Origin: a bacterium
GTDB taxonomy: Bacteria > Patescibacteriota > Microgenomatia > UBA1400 > PJMF01
Reading direction: 5' to 3'
Assembly: GCA_017431625.1 (NCBI GenBank)
Contig: JAFRKQ010000018.1
Location: 1 to 55,663, forward strand
Length of the DNA: 55,663 bases
The notes below the pieces were generated by a model. The model ran no database searches. It had not been told where the DNA came from and saw only the letters and a list, made by a program, of their open reading frames with translations. This document shows positions 17,906-27,868 of this stretch, piece by piece; positions within the stretch are counted from its first letter, which is position 1, and every line of letters begins with the position of its first letter. Both the position numbers and the translations under genes were made by a program.

Positions 17906-20086
17906 TTAACCAGTAGTAGTGACATTTTCTGGGGGCCTATAGGCATCAATTGAGTAGGCGTCGTGACCAGCAAAACCGTTGGGATTATTGTTGCCAGGAC
18001 GCGTGGTCGGCTGGTCGGGAATTTTGTCAGCTGGAATACGATTTGTCGATTCAGTGGTTACTGTTGTTGCTTGGACAACGGCGGAGTTATTGGATGCTGA
18101 TGGTGTGGCTGGTGCATTGGGAGCGGCGGCAGGGGTTAATTCGGTGGTGGTGAGATTGCTAATCATGCTATAAATGTTTTCTAGCTCGGCGTTATTTTGC
18201 GTGTTGGCTGGGGTTGCATTTTGACTGGAGGCACCGGCTTCAACAAGGAGTCGCTCACGCTCCATTGCCTCTTGGTTTTGACGACGCATCACTTCTTCTG
18301 GATTGGTAGTAATGACTCGATGTTCTTCAGGTGAGGCAATCACACGCAAGGCAACATGATTTTGACCGGCAAAGAAAATTCCTTCACCGACGTCAACGGC
18401 CAAAAGTAATTGGCGCTCACCCTGGGAAAGGTGAAATGTTTCTACTAGGGCGGGAATAGAGACACTAGACTGTTTCATGAGGAATTGAATGGAAGAGTTG
18501 GAGACAATAGCTTTGCCGTAATCATTGGCCAAAAAGTCCTCGACATCCTGGGAAATAGTGGTGACACCCAGATAATATTTGCGTGCCCGCTTGGCCATTG
18601 AGTACAAAAAGCTAGCAGAATCAGCATTTTTCATGAAGTACCAGGCTTCATCGACAATGAGGATCCGTTTTTTGAAATTGCGCTTGACGCGAGTCCAAAT
18701 AAAGTCAAGAATGACGTACATGGCGATTGGGCGCAGCTCTTCTTCAATTTCTTTGACCGAGAAAATAATCAGAGGATTGGAAAGATCGATATTTGATTTT
18801 TGATCGAAAAGACCACGGAAAGACCCGGTAATAAATTTTTCCAAACGTGCAGCAATATCAAGGGCTGGTGGGATTTCCATACCGATTAATGCTTTGTAGA
18901 GATCTTCCATTAAAGGTGGTTCATTGGTTTGGGTGCCAGGATCGGGAGTAATGCCCTTGGCGCGATAAGCGGCCACGATAGCTTTGTCCATGAGCGATTC
19001 TTGCTCGGCGGTCATCTCTCCCAACATGAGGCGTAGTAGACCTTGAAGTGAGAGGATTTTTTGCCCTAGCTCGTTTTCTCCTTCTTCATAAAGATTGGAG
19101 AGGTCAAAAGGATTGATTTTGGTGGGTGAGTTGAAAGAAAAGTCAATATAAGTACCTTCCATTTTTTTGCTGAGGTCTTCATATTCATGTTCAGGATCGA
19201 GAATAATCACATCGACACCAAACATGAGTTGGCGAATAACCTCGAGTTTGGTGGTGTATGATTTACCAGCACCTGATTTGGCGAAAATAACCATATTGGC
19301 GTTTTCCATTTTGAAGCGGTCAAAAATCACCAGTGAATCATTGTGCTCGTTGATCCCGTACATGATGCCAGTTTCCATCGACAGCTCGGAAGAGGTGAAA
19401 GGAAAGGTGGTGGCCAGTGAGGTAGTATCCATGTTGCGATTGATTTTGAAGCGATCAATACCCATCGGTAGGGTGTTTTTGAAGCCATCATTCATCTGCA
19501 TGGTGGCCTGTTTGGCAATGATTAGTTGCGAGCCGAGAGAGGATTTGAGAGCGGCACTGATTTTGTCAAGATCTTCCATCGAGTGAGCGTAAACAGTAAA
19601 ATAAAGCCCAAATTGGAAGAATTTGTACGTACCTTTGGCTAATTCCTCGCGCAGTGACACGGCATCTTCAAGTTTGACTTCAGTGTCGATATTGGTAATT
19701 TTGCCCGCGCGCAAATCAGATTGAAGCTCGGCCTCCATTTCGGTAATTTTACGTTTGAGTCGCTCGAGAATATCGGCCGAGTCCACAGGATAAACAAACA
19801 TGGAAATATCTAGAGTGGCCGGAAAATTAATCAACGGCGAGAGCCAGTTGGCGAGAACAGAGCGCGGATAACCGGCCACAAAAAAACTCCTGGTATAAGA
19901 AGAATTAATTTTTTGCTCGCTAAAATCCACCTCAATTGCTTCGGGGGAGATAACATCCTGAATAGTGACGAGGCCTTGTGAGAATTGGTGAATTTTTTCA
20001 AAGACCTGTCGCTCACGCTGGGCGTTGGTGTCAAACATGTCGGTGTCGGTTTTTTTGCCAAAAAGGCTGGCGAAACTAAAAGGCAT
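17906..20086 (-). CDS. virB4: Type IV secretion ATPase VirB4/TrbE family, with a T/P/A/N-rich C-terminal tail
   Basis: Walker A AKSGAGKSYTTK and Walker B ILIVDEAW. N-terminal VirB4-type domain. GGAG Shine-Dalgarno lies upstream. The last approx 110 aa are low complexity. Confidence 0.85.
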   Translation of the reverse strand: MPFSFASLFGKKTDTDMFDTNAQRERQVFEKIHQFSQGLVTIQDVISPEAIEVDFSEQKINSSYTRSFFVAGYPRSVLANWLSPLINFPATLDISMFVYPVDSADILERLKRKITEMEAELQSDLRAGKITNIDTEVKLEDAVSLREELAKGTYKFFQFGLYFTVYAHSMEDLDKISAALKSSLGSQLIIAKQATMQMNDGFKNTLPMGIDRFKINRNMDTTSLATTFPFTSSELSMETGIMYGINEHNDSLVIFDRFKMENANMVIFAKSGAGKSYTTKLEVIRQLMFGVDVIILDPEHEYEDLSKKMEGTYIDFSFNSPTKINPFDLSNLYEEGENELGQKILSLQGLLRLMLGEMTAEQESLMDKAIVAAYRAKGITPDPGTQTNEPPLMEDLYKALIGMEIPPALDIAARLEKFITGSFRGLFDQKSNIDLSNPLIIFSVKEIEEELRPIAMYVILDFIWTRVKRNFKKRILIVDEAWYFMKNADSASFLYSMAKRARKYYLGVTTISQDVEDFLANDYGKAIVSNSSIQFLMKQSSVSIPALVETFHLSQGERQLLLAVDVGEGIFFAGQNHVALRVIASPEEHRVITTNPEEVMRRQNQEAMERERLLVEAGASSQNATPANTQNNAELENIYSMISNLTTTELTPAAAPNAPATPSASNNSAVVQATTVTTESTNRIPADKIPDQPTTRPGNNNPNGFAGHDAYSIDAYRPPENVTTTG

Positions 20087-20090
20087 AATT

Positions 20091-20783
20091 TTACTCCAGC
20101 TTGCTTTCTACGACATTGGCCGAAATAATTGGAGCGGCAAAGTCTTGGCTTTCCATAACCCCAATGCCTTCGGCATCGCCAGGGTTGTAACTCTGATAAA
20201 ACAATTTAATGATTTCCTGGGTGGTCACTTGATTGGCAAAAAGACCAATCCGTCCAAATTGACTAATGAGGTGATCACGCATTGGGTTAAGAATGCCGGT
20301 AGCGCGCTCAATAATGGGGGCTAGCTCGTAGCGATCCAAATTAACCTCGGCGGTGGAATTAAAGACATTTTTGGCGGTGCCAATGCCAAGATCGAGAGCT
20401 GAGGCGGTAATGACGACAAAAAACGATTTGTCGAGAATATTGCTAGTTTTCACCCAAGTGCGGATAAACTCACGATAACGGGCAATTTGCGCCCGGTGAG
20501 ATTGATTGGTGGTGGCATTTTCGGCTTCTACCAGACTATTGAGATAATTGGTGACATCTTTGGCTTTGGATTTGATGACGATTTGAATGGGAAAATTGAG
20601 CGAGTTAAGGATGCCGGCATAAGCATAAATAGCTGCATCTTGTTCTTCTTCAGACAAAAGACCAAAATTAATCGTCCCCACTTCGATGATTTCCGAAACT
20701 GAGCCATCATTAAGGATCAAAAGATTATTAGTGATGTCAAAAATGTCAGTAAATTTTTGAGTTGATGACGAAATTTCCGGCAT
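20091..20783 (-). CDS. T4SS-associated hypothetical protein, 230 aa
   Basis: Packed tightly between the PrgI-like gene and virB4. The pattern FGLLSEEEQDAAIYAYAGILNSLNFPIQIVI resembles N-terminal regions of Gram-positive VirB4-type proteins. No TM and no P-loop. Confidence 0.5.
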   Translation of the reverse strand: MPEISSSTQKFTDIFDITNNLLILNDGSVSEIIEVGTINFGLLSEEEQDAAIYAYAGILNSLNFPIQIVIKSKAKDVTNYLNSLVEAENATTNQSHRAQIARYREFIRTWVKTSNILDKSFFVVITASALDLGIGTAKNVFNSTAEVNLDRYELAPIIERATGILNPMRDHLISQFGRIGLFANQVTTQEIIKLFYQSYNPGDAEGIGVMESQDFAAPIISANVVESKLE

Positions 20784-20800
20784 AGATTGAGTATAACAAA

Positions 20801-22033
20801 TTATTGACTAATTTTCAAGGGTGGATTTGGTGGGGATGTGGGTGGGGCGGCAAAGACCGGTGTGCCTGGTAGCTCGATATTATTGGTGGTAGCCGTAGTC
20901 ATTTCCGGCGTGGTGTAAATCGGTGTGACGGCATTCATGTCGGGTAAAGTCACTTGCTGATCTAAGTGAGGATTGAGATTAAGGCTGCCATTTTGGAGAA
21001 AAGTGGGACCAGAATTGTCAATATCATTAGTAAGAGTGGGCAAAACAATTTCATTGCCGGTGGGCCTATCGATAGCGGGATTAGTGACATTGACAGCACT
21101 GGTAGCTACTGGAGTGACTGGGGTAACGGGAGTAATAGTTACTCCACTGATGGAGTCGGTATTGGGAGCTATAGGGCTGGTAAATGTAGTGTCGGGAGTA
21201 TTGACAATGGCGGTGGTGGCAGCTTCGGCTGCCTCAGGGGTTAAGTTGGTGTGATTTGCTGGCGTGGCGACAGTCACGACATCGGCAGGAATTTGATTGT
21301 CTTGGGTGAGTGCGGCTGCAAGTGTAGTGTCTGAGTGTTCCATTTTATCGTCTACACCGGTGATTTGTTCCATGATCTGCTGTGGTTGGAAATAACTACT
21401 ACTTTCCAAAAAAGCATTGAGTGATTCTTGGGTGGGAGTGAGGATCTGTCTTTGGCGCACTGACTGTTCATTGCCCACTTGGGGTTTTGAAAGCACCTTC
21501 TGGGGAGCAATGACACTTGTTTCCACGGGGGTAGTGTCATATTCAAAATCCTTAGTAGCTTTAGCAATATTATTATCGGTAAATCTTTCCAAAGGATCAT
21601 CGTTGTCGTGATCTTGGTGATTGAGAGTGGAAAAATAAGCCAAGGCTTTGTGTTTGCGCGCTGGACTGTCATTGAAAGTGGAGTTGGCTTCCAGAAACTC
21701 TCGATTGCGTGCCGGCAGCTCATAGGTAAAATAGGAGGGAATGACTGTTTGTTTGCGCCAATAAAACTTGGTTGGAGAGAATAAAGCCTTAAAAAAGACA
21801 ACAATCCAGTGGCTGACTGGCTGGCCGCCAATAGGCACAAATGCGGACAATAAACCAAAGCCAACTGAAGCAATCATGATTGGCCATTTGATAATATCGG
21901 GCCAACTCATTTGATTGACAATAACCGCAATAATGACGCCTGCCATACACTCACCAAATTGTTTGAGATCAAGCTCGCCAATAAGGTGAAATTTGTAATT
22001 GCTGATGTCTTGTGGAATCAAGTGCTCTTGCAT
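20801..22033 (-). CDS. PrgI/VirB3-like T4SS membrane protein with a long T/P/N-rich tail
   Basis: N-terminus IPQDISNYKFHLIGELDLKQFGECMAG followed by two TM helices, as in the PrgI family. Residues from about 215 to 410 are low complexity (VTPVTPVTPV). Confidence 0.65.
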   Translation of the reverse strand: MQEHLIPQDISNYKFHLIGELDLKQFGECMAGVIIAVIVNQMSWPDIIKWPIMIASVGFGLLSAFVPIGGQPVSHWIVVFFKALFSPTKFYWRKQTVIPSYFTYELPARNREFLEANSTFNDSPARKHKALAYFSTLNHQDHDNDDPLERFTDNNIAKATKDFEYDTTPVETSVIAPQKVLSKPQVGNEQSVRQRQILTPTQESLNAFLESSSYFQPQQIMEQITGVDDKMEHSDTTLAAALTQDNQIPADVVTVATPANHTNLTPEAAEAATTAIVNTPDTTFTSPIAPNTDSISGVTITPVTPVTPVATSAVNVTNPAIDRPTGNEIVLPTLTNDIDNSGPTFLQNGSLNLNPHLDQQVTLPDMNAVTPIYTTPEMTTATTNNIELPGTPVFAAPPTSPPNPPLKISQ

Positions 22034-22094
22034 ATGAAAGTGTTTTGATTATATCAATAAATCACTCAAAAGTAAAGACGAAAGTATGTCTGCC

Positions 22095-22172
22095 TTTGTG
22101 AGCCTTTAAGGCTCACAAAAATATCCCCATATATCAACCATATTAATTTTTGTGCGTACAATGTACTCACAA
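22095..22172. repeat. REP/BIME-like palindrome pair
   Basis: TTTGTGAGCCTTTAAGGCTCACAAAA (22095-22120) and TTTTTGTGCGTACAATGTACTCACAA (22147-22172). Confidence 0.85.
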
Positions 22173-22175
22173 TAT

Positions 22176-23951
22176 CTACTCACTAGGTCCGACTAAATAT
22201 TTTGAGCTCCAGGCTTGGTATTTGGACGGATATTCTTTTTGTGAACGTACTGAACCGTCAGCATTATAAACAGTATGAGTGAAAGTCGTTTGTAAACCAC
22301 CCACAGCCCAGTCAATTTGTTTAATTTGTCCGGGGGCGAGCGAGGGATCGGTAATGTATTGTGGAGGTGGTGCGCCAACAGCATTGAACTTTTTGTAGTC
22401 GGTGATTTCAGCTCGACGTCCATCACTGGTACCCCAAAGTTGGACGTACATATAAAGATTGGTGGAATCGGTAGTAGCGGTAATTAAGACATAATTGTCG
22501 GTATCATTGATAAAGCGCAAATCGACATTGCCGGCATAGACGGTAGCATCAAAACCAGGATCATTATTGAGTTCATAATAAGTGACACGATAACTGTGAG
22601 GACGCCTGAGAGTAATTTGCAAGCCCGAGTCAAGAAGAGCACGAAAAACCGTAGTGCTCACTTGACAGACGCCGCCGCCAGCCGAAAGGACACTGCGACC
22701 ACCTTGAATAATGTAGCCTGGTTGATAGCCAGAGGCCGCCGAAACATCGCCCACGGCTTTATTGAAGGAGAATTCTTCTCCTGGGGCCACGAGTGTGCCA
22801 TTGACACGTGAAGCCGCTACGGCGACATTGTGAATCCGGCCGCTACTGGAATGAGCGTAGTAGCTTTCACCAAAGCCAATAATTTCTTTGATACCGTAAT
22901 TATTAATCTCACCAAGCGAGTGGGTCGGTGGGGTAACAACAAGCGGTAACTCAAGATTGATAGTGTTGTTATCGCTACTTAGCAGTGTTTGGATATCGGC
23001 CAATAATAGTGCTTCAAAGGAATTTTGATCGAGCGTGAGACCATCATGTGGTGGGGTGAAGGTGGTGACTTTGTGAGTGTCGTCGTCAATCTCCAAGACT
23101 GGTTCTTGAGGTGGTCTGGAGACAACGGTATCAACTTGTGCAAATACTTGTTGTAAGTAGGCGCTTTTGGCAGGACTATCAGGGATTAGTAAGGGAATAA
23201 GGACGCGATCAGCAATGCTGCCCGAATAACGATCGAGACTATCTGTCGTTAAAACAATAGATTTGCTAATTAATTTTCGCGCCTGTTGTTCCAAGGTTTG
23301 TGTTTGCGCGGGTGTGAGTGGAGAATATTCTGGAGAGATATTGAGAGTGGCCTCAATTTGGCTTTGAGTGGGGAAAAGTCTTTTGATGTCAGCCAGTGTT
23401 TGTTGGCGATTGAGGCTGATTTCTTGCTGTCCTGGGTCAATGATAATTTGCTCCTGTTGGATCTGGACTTGAGGATGATGTCCTTTTTGGGTGATGGCCT
23501 CATCGATTTGTTGCAAAAAGCCTTCGATAAGATCGTTATTGCTTGACAAAGGTACCGACTCGAGATAAAAATGACCATCGCTGAGTAAATAATGCCAGCG
23601 GGTGAACATTGATAAATGCTGTTGTTGGTCAAAAAGATCAGCGATAGTTTGCTTGGTATCATAATAGAATTGTAAACTACTGCTGGGAGTGGCAAAGTAA
23701 GCGTCACCAACAGTAATGACCAAATCGGTGTCTGGAGATAAATCCCAGATTTGAGAAGCTTTTTGGGCGGCCTGCTCGGGTGTCAATCGTGAAATATCAA
23801 GCGAACCAATAACAGTTTGTGGTAAAAAGTGTTGTTGGTAGTAACTATCACACCACCAAGAGAGAGCAACTAAACCTAAAACAATTATACTGATGATAAT
23901 TGTTGCCAATTGCAACTTTCCCAAACAATCCTTGGGTGTACTTTTTGCCAT
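22176..23951 (-). CDS. VanW-family protein with an N-terminal membrane anchor
   Basis: VanW signature GGGVCQVSTTVFRALLDSGL. TM is LATIIISIIVLGLVAL. TGTATAAT lies 7 nt before ATG 23951; the track start at 24002 is rejected. Confidence 0.8.
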   Translation of the reverse strand: MAKSTPKDCLGKLQLATIIISIIVLGLVALSWWCDSYYQQHFLPQTVIGSLDISRLTPEQAAQKASQIWDLSPDTDLVITVGDAYFATPSSSLQFYYDTKQTIADLFDQQQHLSMFTRWHYLLSDGHFYLESVPLSSNNDLIEGFLQQIDEAITQKGHHPQVQIQQEQIIIDPGQQEISLNRQQTLADIKRLFPTQSQIEATLNISPEYSPLTPAQTQTLEQQARKLISKSIVLTTDSLDRYSGSIADRVLIPLLIPDSPAKSAYLQQVFAQVDTVVSRPPQEPVLEIDDDTHKVTTFTPPHDGLTLDQNSFEALLLADIQTLLSSDNNTINLELPLVVTPPTHSLGEINNYGIKEIIGFGESYYAHSSSGRIHNVAVAASRVNGTLVAPGEEFSFNKAVGDVSAASGYQPGYIIQGGRSVLSAGGGVCQVSTTVFRALLDSGLQITLRRPHSYRVTYYELNNDPGFDATVYAGNVDLRFINDTDNYVLITATTDSTNLYMYVQLWGTSDGRRAEITDYKKFNAVGAPPPQYITDPSLAPGQIKQIDWAVGGLQTTFTHTVYNADGSVRSQKEYPSKYQAWSSKYLVGPSE

Positions 23952-24024
23952 ATGTTTAATTATACATGAAAATTGGCGAAATTGCAGGTTTACTTTTGGC
24001 AAAAATATTGTATAATAGGGGTCT

Positions 24025-25761
24025 ATGGCAGATGTAAATTCACCAATAAATAATCAGCAAGTACCAGGAGCGACACCGACGGTGGCGCCGACTCCTACGC
24101 CCAGCGCTCCTTCTCCGGCTCCAGCAACTTCAGGGATGTCGAGTACCCCTATCTTTCAGGCTTCGCCATCAGGTGGTGTTGTGGCAACTTTGAGGCCGGG
24201 GCAGACGAGTTTTGAAGGGCAGATCCGGGCCGAAAGTGATCGTCGTTCTGGCCAAGCGTCTGCTAGTAATACTATCTCACTGTCGGGCGGTAATGCTAGT
24301 ACCGCCATCAAATTGGCAGCGACGGCTCCTCAACAAGGGACAGCAAAAGCTATTGACGAAGCGCCAAAAACAGCCGAAGCACCCAAATCAGTGCGCAATT
24401 TCAAGGTTGGGGCACAGCGTCAGGAGAAAAAACCAGTTGATTGGGTCTTGTGGCTGGTTGTGGGAGGACTATTATTAATAGCTGTTTTCATCGTTTATTT
24501 TTACAACCAACAACGGCGTCTCAAGCAAGTCGCTCCTGAGCCTACAGTTCCAGAGTCAGTAGTACTTAATTACTGGGGTTTATGGGAGCCAAATTCGGCT
24601 TTTTCACAAGTGCTGAAGGATTTTGAGGATCAAAATCCTGGTGTGAGCGTGATTTATGAACAAAAGAAAGATGTTGATAATTACTTGAGTGATTTGCAGA
24701 CAGCTTTGAATTCGAGCAATGGACCAGATGTCTTCCGTTATCATGCCTCGTGGCGCCAGCTACTGGCTGATCAGCTATCAACGATGCCCACGAGCTTGCG
24801 TATCAGTAGTAATTATGATAGTACTTTCTATCCGATTGCGAGCGCACAACTAAAAAACGCTGAGGGGCAAATACAAGGTATTCCCTTGATGTATGACAGT
24901 TTGGCTTTGATTTACAATCAAGCTTTATTTGATGAGGCTGGCGTGAATGTGCCACAAACTTGGGCACAATTTGGTCAGACGGCTACTATGCTCAATAAAT
25001 ATGATGACAGTGATCAGATTGTTCAGGCTGGTGCAGCTATTGGTTTGACTGACAATGTTGATTTTGCTTCAGATATTATCATGCTGATGGCTTTGCAACA
25101 GGGGATGGATGCTCAAGATTATGATGAAGACAAGCTCCAGCAGGCAATGGAATATTACACTTCTTTCTACACTGATTATAATCGTCAGGTGTGGGATCGA
25201 CATTTTGACAACTCCACCCTTGCTTTTGCTCGCGGACAGGTGGCGATGATCATTGGTCCCTCGTGGCTGATTCATGATATCACCAAGATCAGTCCCAGCC
25301 TCAAGATTGGTGTGGCGCCAGTGCCACAACTTGATTTGGAAAATGTTGTTGAATGGGCCACTTATTATGCTGAGGGGGTGAATGCCAAGGCACCAGAAAC
25401 GCGACAGTTGGCAGCCTGGAGACTACTTGACTACTTGAGTCAGCCTGAAGTTTTGCGTCAGCTATATGAGTCTCAGGCCGAAACTCGTAGCTTTGGTGAA
25501 ATCTATCCTCGACCAGACATGGCTGACGAATTGGCACAAAATCAATACATTGCTCCTTACTTGCAGCGAGCGAGCCGAGCACGCAATCTGCCTTTCAATG
25601 ATCGCACTCATGATCACGCGGTCAATGATGAGGCCAATAAAGTCCTTTTTGAAGCGATTAATAAGCTTATAGACCCAGAGGCTCGTGGCGACAATGCAAG
25701 TGTACGCACTAGTATACTCAAGACTTTGTCTGGCTATGGTTATGCGCAAGAGCCAGATTAA
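24025..25761 (+). CDS. Membrane-anchored extracellular solute-binding protein (ABC family-1-like), no transporter partners nearby
   Basis: P/A/T-rich N-terminus, a TM, then an SBP-like domain (LNYWGLWEP ... GIPLMYDSLALIYN). TGTATAAT lies 8 nt before the ATG. Confidence 0.6.
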   Translation: MADVNSPINNQQVPGATPTVAPTPTPSAPSPAPATSGMSSTPIFQASPSGGVVATLRPGQTSFEGQIRAESDRRSGQASASNTISLSGGNASTAIKLAATAPQQGTAKAIDEAPKTAEAPKSVRNFKVGAQRQEKKPVDWVLWLVVGGLLLIAVFIVYFYNQQRRLKQVAPEPTVPESVVLNYWGLWEPNSAFSQVLKDFEDQNPGVSVIYEQKKDVDNYLSDLQTALNSSNGPDVFRYHASWRQLLADQLSTMPTSLRISSNYDSTFYPIASAQLKNAEGQIQGIPLMYDSLALIYNQALFDEAGVNVPQTWAQFGQTATMLNKYDDSDQIVQAGAAIGLTDNVDFASDIIMLMALQQGMDAQDYDEDKLQQAMEYYTSFYTDYNRQVWDRHFDNSTLAFARGQVAMIIGPSWLIHDITKISPSLKIGVAPVPQLDLENVVEWATYYAEGVNAKAPETRQLAAWRLLDYLSQPEVLRQLYESQAETRSFGEIYPRPDMADELAQNQYIAPYLQRASRARNLPFNDRTHDHAVNDEANKVLFEAINKLIDPEARGDNASVRTSILKTLSGYGYAQEPD

Positions 25762-26353
25762 TCAAGAAATATGGACAAAAAAACTTGCTCTCGCTGTGCG
25801 CGCGAGCAAGTTTTTGGTTTTTGTGGTACCGTATATTCAAGGAATTGCCTTGACGGGTTCGGTAGCTTATGGTGATGTTGATGAAGATGATGATTTAGAT
25901 TTTTTTATTATTACCAAACCGAGGCGTGTTTACACGACTAGGCTCCTGACTTATTTGTGGGCACTTTTTTTGGGGCGCAAGCGAACAGGCAAGCATGAAA
26001 AAAATACTTGGTGTCTCAATCTATTTTTGGATGAAGCTGACTTGCGAGTGCCAGTTTCGCGCCAGAGTGAATTTGCCCGTTTGCAGGTGAGTCGTATGCG
26101 CGTACTTTTTGAGCGAACTGCTTGCTTCGAACGTTTTCGAGCTTGTAATGCTGATTGGCTGGGTTTAAATATCGTCAATGACTATCCGCCAATAACTGGT
26201 AAGCCTCGCTGGTGGTCACTTTTGGGCGATAAACTGGAAGTAATTTTGCGTCGCTGGCAGCTTAATTACATGCGTCCCAAGGTCACTCGAGAGTATTTGT
26301 CGCCAACGCAAATTTTCTTTCATCCGCTTGATCGCAGCAAAAAACGGCCATAA
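25742..26353 (+). CDS. Nucleotidyltransferase-fold protein
   Basis: GSVAYGDVDEDDDLDFFII fits the minimal NTase G-S ... D-x-D pattern. The start among ATG 25685/25736/25742 is uncertain and overlaps the upstream gene's 3' end. Confidence 0.5.
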   Translation: MRKSQINQEIWTKKLALAVRASKFLVFVVPYIQGIALTGSVAYGDVDEDDDLDFFIITKPRRVYTTRLLTYLWALFLGRKRTGKHEKNTWCLNLFLDEADLRVPVSRQSEFARLQVSRMRVLFERTACFERFRACNADWLGLNIVNDYPPITGKPRWWSLLGDKLEVILRRWQLNYMRPKVTREYLSPTQIFFHPLDRSKKRP

Positions 26354-26383
26354 GACCGTTTTTTGAGGGATATATTTTCTATT

Positions 26384-26893
26384 CTAATTGAGATTCATGA
26401 CGCCAAGAGTTAAATAAGCCGCGAAGAAAAGCCAAAGGAGATAAACCCAAGTCCAGCAACCCATTTTTTTATTCAGGCGGCCAATCAAAACCGTCAAGCA
26501 ATAATTGAGAAAGATTAAAGCGGCGATAATGATGGTGGCCATCATAAAATCTTGATAACGGAAGAAAATCGGACTCCAACAGAAATTTAAAAACAATTGT
26601 CCCCAATAAAGATCGATGATGCGTGCTCTTTTGTCCTTAAAAGCAGGATTTTGGTGAATCCAACCAACAATGCCGGCCATCAGAGCGTATAAAAACAACC
26701 ACGCCACACCAAAAAACCAGCCAGCAGGGGCAAAGGGTGGTAAGGAGAGATTTTGGTAAAATCCCTTGACATCGCCACAAAGACGATTGGAAATAAAGCC
26801 AACCGCCTCGGCTACAGCAATATAAAGGATAATTACTGACCAATTGATAGTTGTCTGCTTGGTTTTTTGATTTTTCTGAGCTTTGTTAGCCAT
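26384..26893 (-). CDS. tspO: TspO/MBR tryptophan-rich sensory protein
   Basis: 169 aa, five TM helices, Trp-rich, with LNFCWSPIFF and WFFGVAWLFLY motifs. Confidence 0.8.
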   Translation of the reverse strand: MANKAQKNQKTKQTTINWSVIILYIAVAEAVGFISNRLCGDVKGFYQNLSLPPFAPAGWFFGVAWLFLYALMAGIVGWIHQNPAFKDKRARIIDLYWGQLFLNFCWSPIFFRYQDFMMATIIIAALIFLNYCLTVLIGRLNKKMGCWTWVYLLWLFFAAYLTLGVMNLN

Positions 26894-27038
26894 AATAACC
26901 TCTCTAATTCACATCATAATTATAGCAAAGCTGATCCAAAAATACAAGTCGAAAAAACGATCAACGTGAAAAAAATAGACAGTGTCTAATATTTGTGTAT
27001 TTAGTTTGTCAATTTAAGTCATTTAAAACCAGATATTT

Positions 27039-27071
27039 TTGTTAAACAAACGTTTAACAACTGTTTAACAA
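27039..27071. promoter_or_regulatory. TTGTTAAAC-AAAC-GTTTAACAA plus an extra GTTTAACAA, operator site 3
   Basis: Perfect arms with a 4-nt spacer, and a third half-site 11 nt further on. Lies in the divergent region between tspO and the cytidylyltransferase/radA unit. Confidence 0.6.
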
Positions 27072-27157
27072 AAGCGTAAAGATTGGTAATAAATTAGCAT
27101 CATAATTGATATAAATTGCCTCCAGATATAAGGACTTTTTGCGGTATAATACGCTAT

Positions 27158-27868
27158 ATGGCCGAGCAAAAAGACGTCCAGACGTCAGCGAGTGTGCTGG
27201 CAGTAAAAAAACCAACTCTTGATGAAAGTGGCTACACCGAACAAGAGATGGCGATTATGTTTTCTGAGCCACCCAAGGTGATATTGGATATATCAGACGA
27301 GGGAGTTTTTGGTGACGAACAGCCTGATCCAAGTCTGGTACCGCCAGAGCCCATTCCACCACGGTATCGGCCCAAGCCAGAAATGGTGGGCTTGGTGACT
27401 GGTAGTTTTGACATTTTACATCAAGGGCATATAGGAATGATCCGTCGAGCCAAAAAGTATTGTGACCGCCTAATCATTGCTGTTGAGTCTGATCGGCGCG
27501 TCCGTCTAGCTAAGGGGAAATTTAGGCCGATATATCATCAAAATAAACGCAGAGAGCGTCTTGAACGCGCTCTTAATGATGGTACACGGGTATTTATTTT
27601 GCCGGAAAACTTTGATGAAGAGAAAGTGCGCATTCATTGGTTGCGTGATCATGGTGTGAAGTTGCTTTTTACGACCAAAAAAGACGTGCATTTGGAGAAC
27701 AAGCAATTCTTAATGATGGTGGTCGGAGGGCGCGTGGAGTTTTTGCCTCAATTAATGTCTATTTCTACCACCCAATTGCTCGAAGGACGTCGTACGCCTC
27801 ATTATCTAGTTTTTGAGTCTGATCGGGCAGTGGTGGAAAAATATCGGAAAAAACATGGCGAAGAGTAA
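27158..27868 (+). CDS. Cytidylyl/adenylyltransferase-family protein (HxGH nucleotidyltransferase)
   Basis: GSFDILHQGHIGMIRRAK motif. CGGTATAAT lies 7 nt before ATG 27158. N-terminal approx 90 aa are acidic and Pro-rich. Confidence 0.7.
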   Translation: MAEQKDVQTSASVLAVKKPTLDESGYTEQEMAIMFSEPPKVILDISDEGVFGDEQPDPSLVPPEPIPPRYRPKPEMVGLVTGSFDILHQGHIGMIRRAKKYCDRLIIAVESDRRVRLAKGKFRPIYHQNKRRERLERALNDGTRVFILPENFDEEKVRIHWLRDHGVKLLFTTKKDVHLENKQFLMMVVGGRVEFLPQLMSISTTQLLEGRRTPHYLVFESDRAVVEKYRKKHGEE

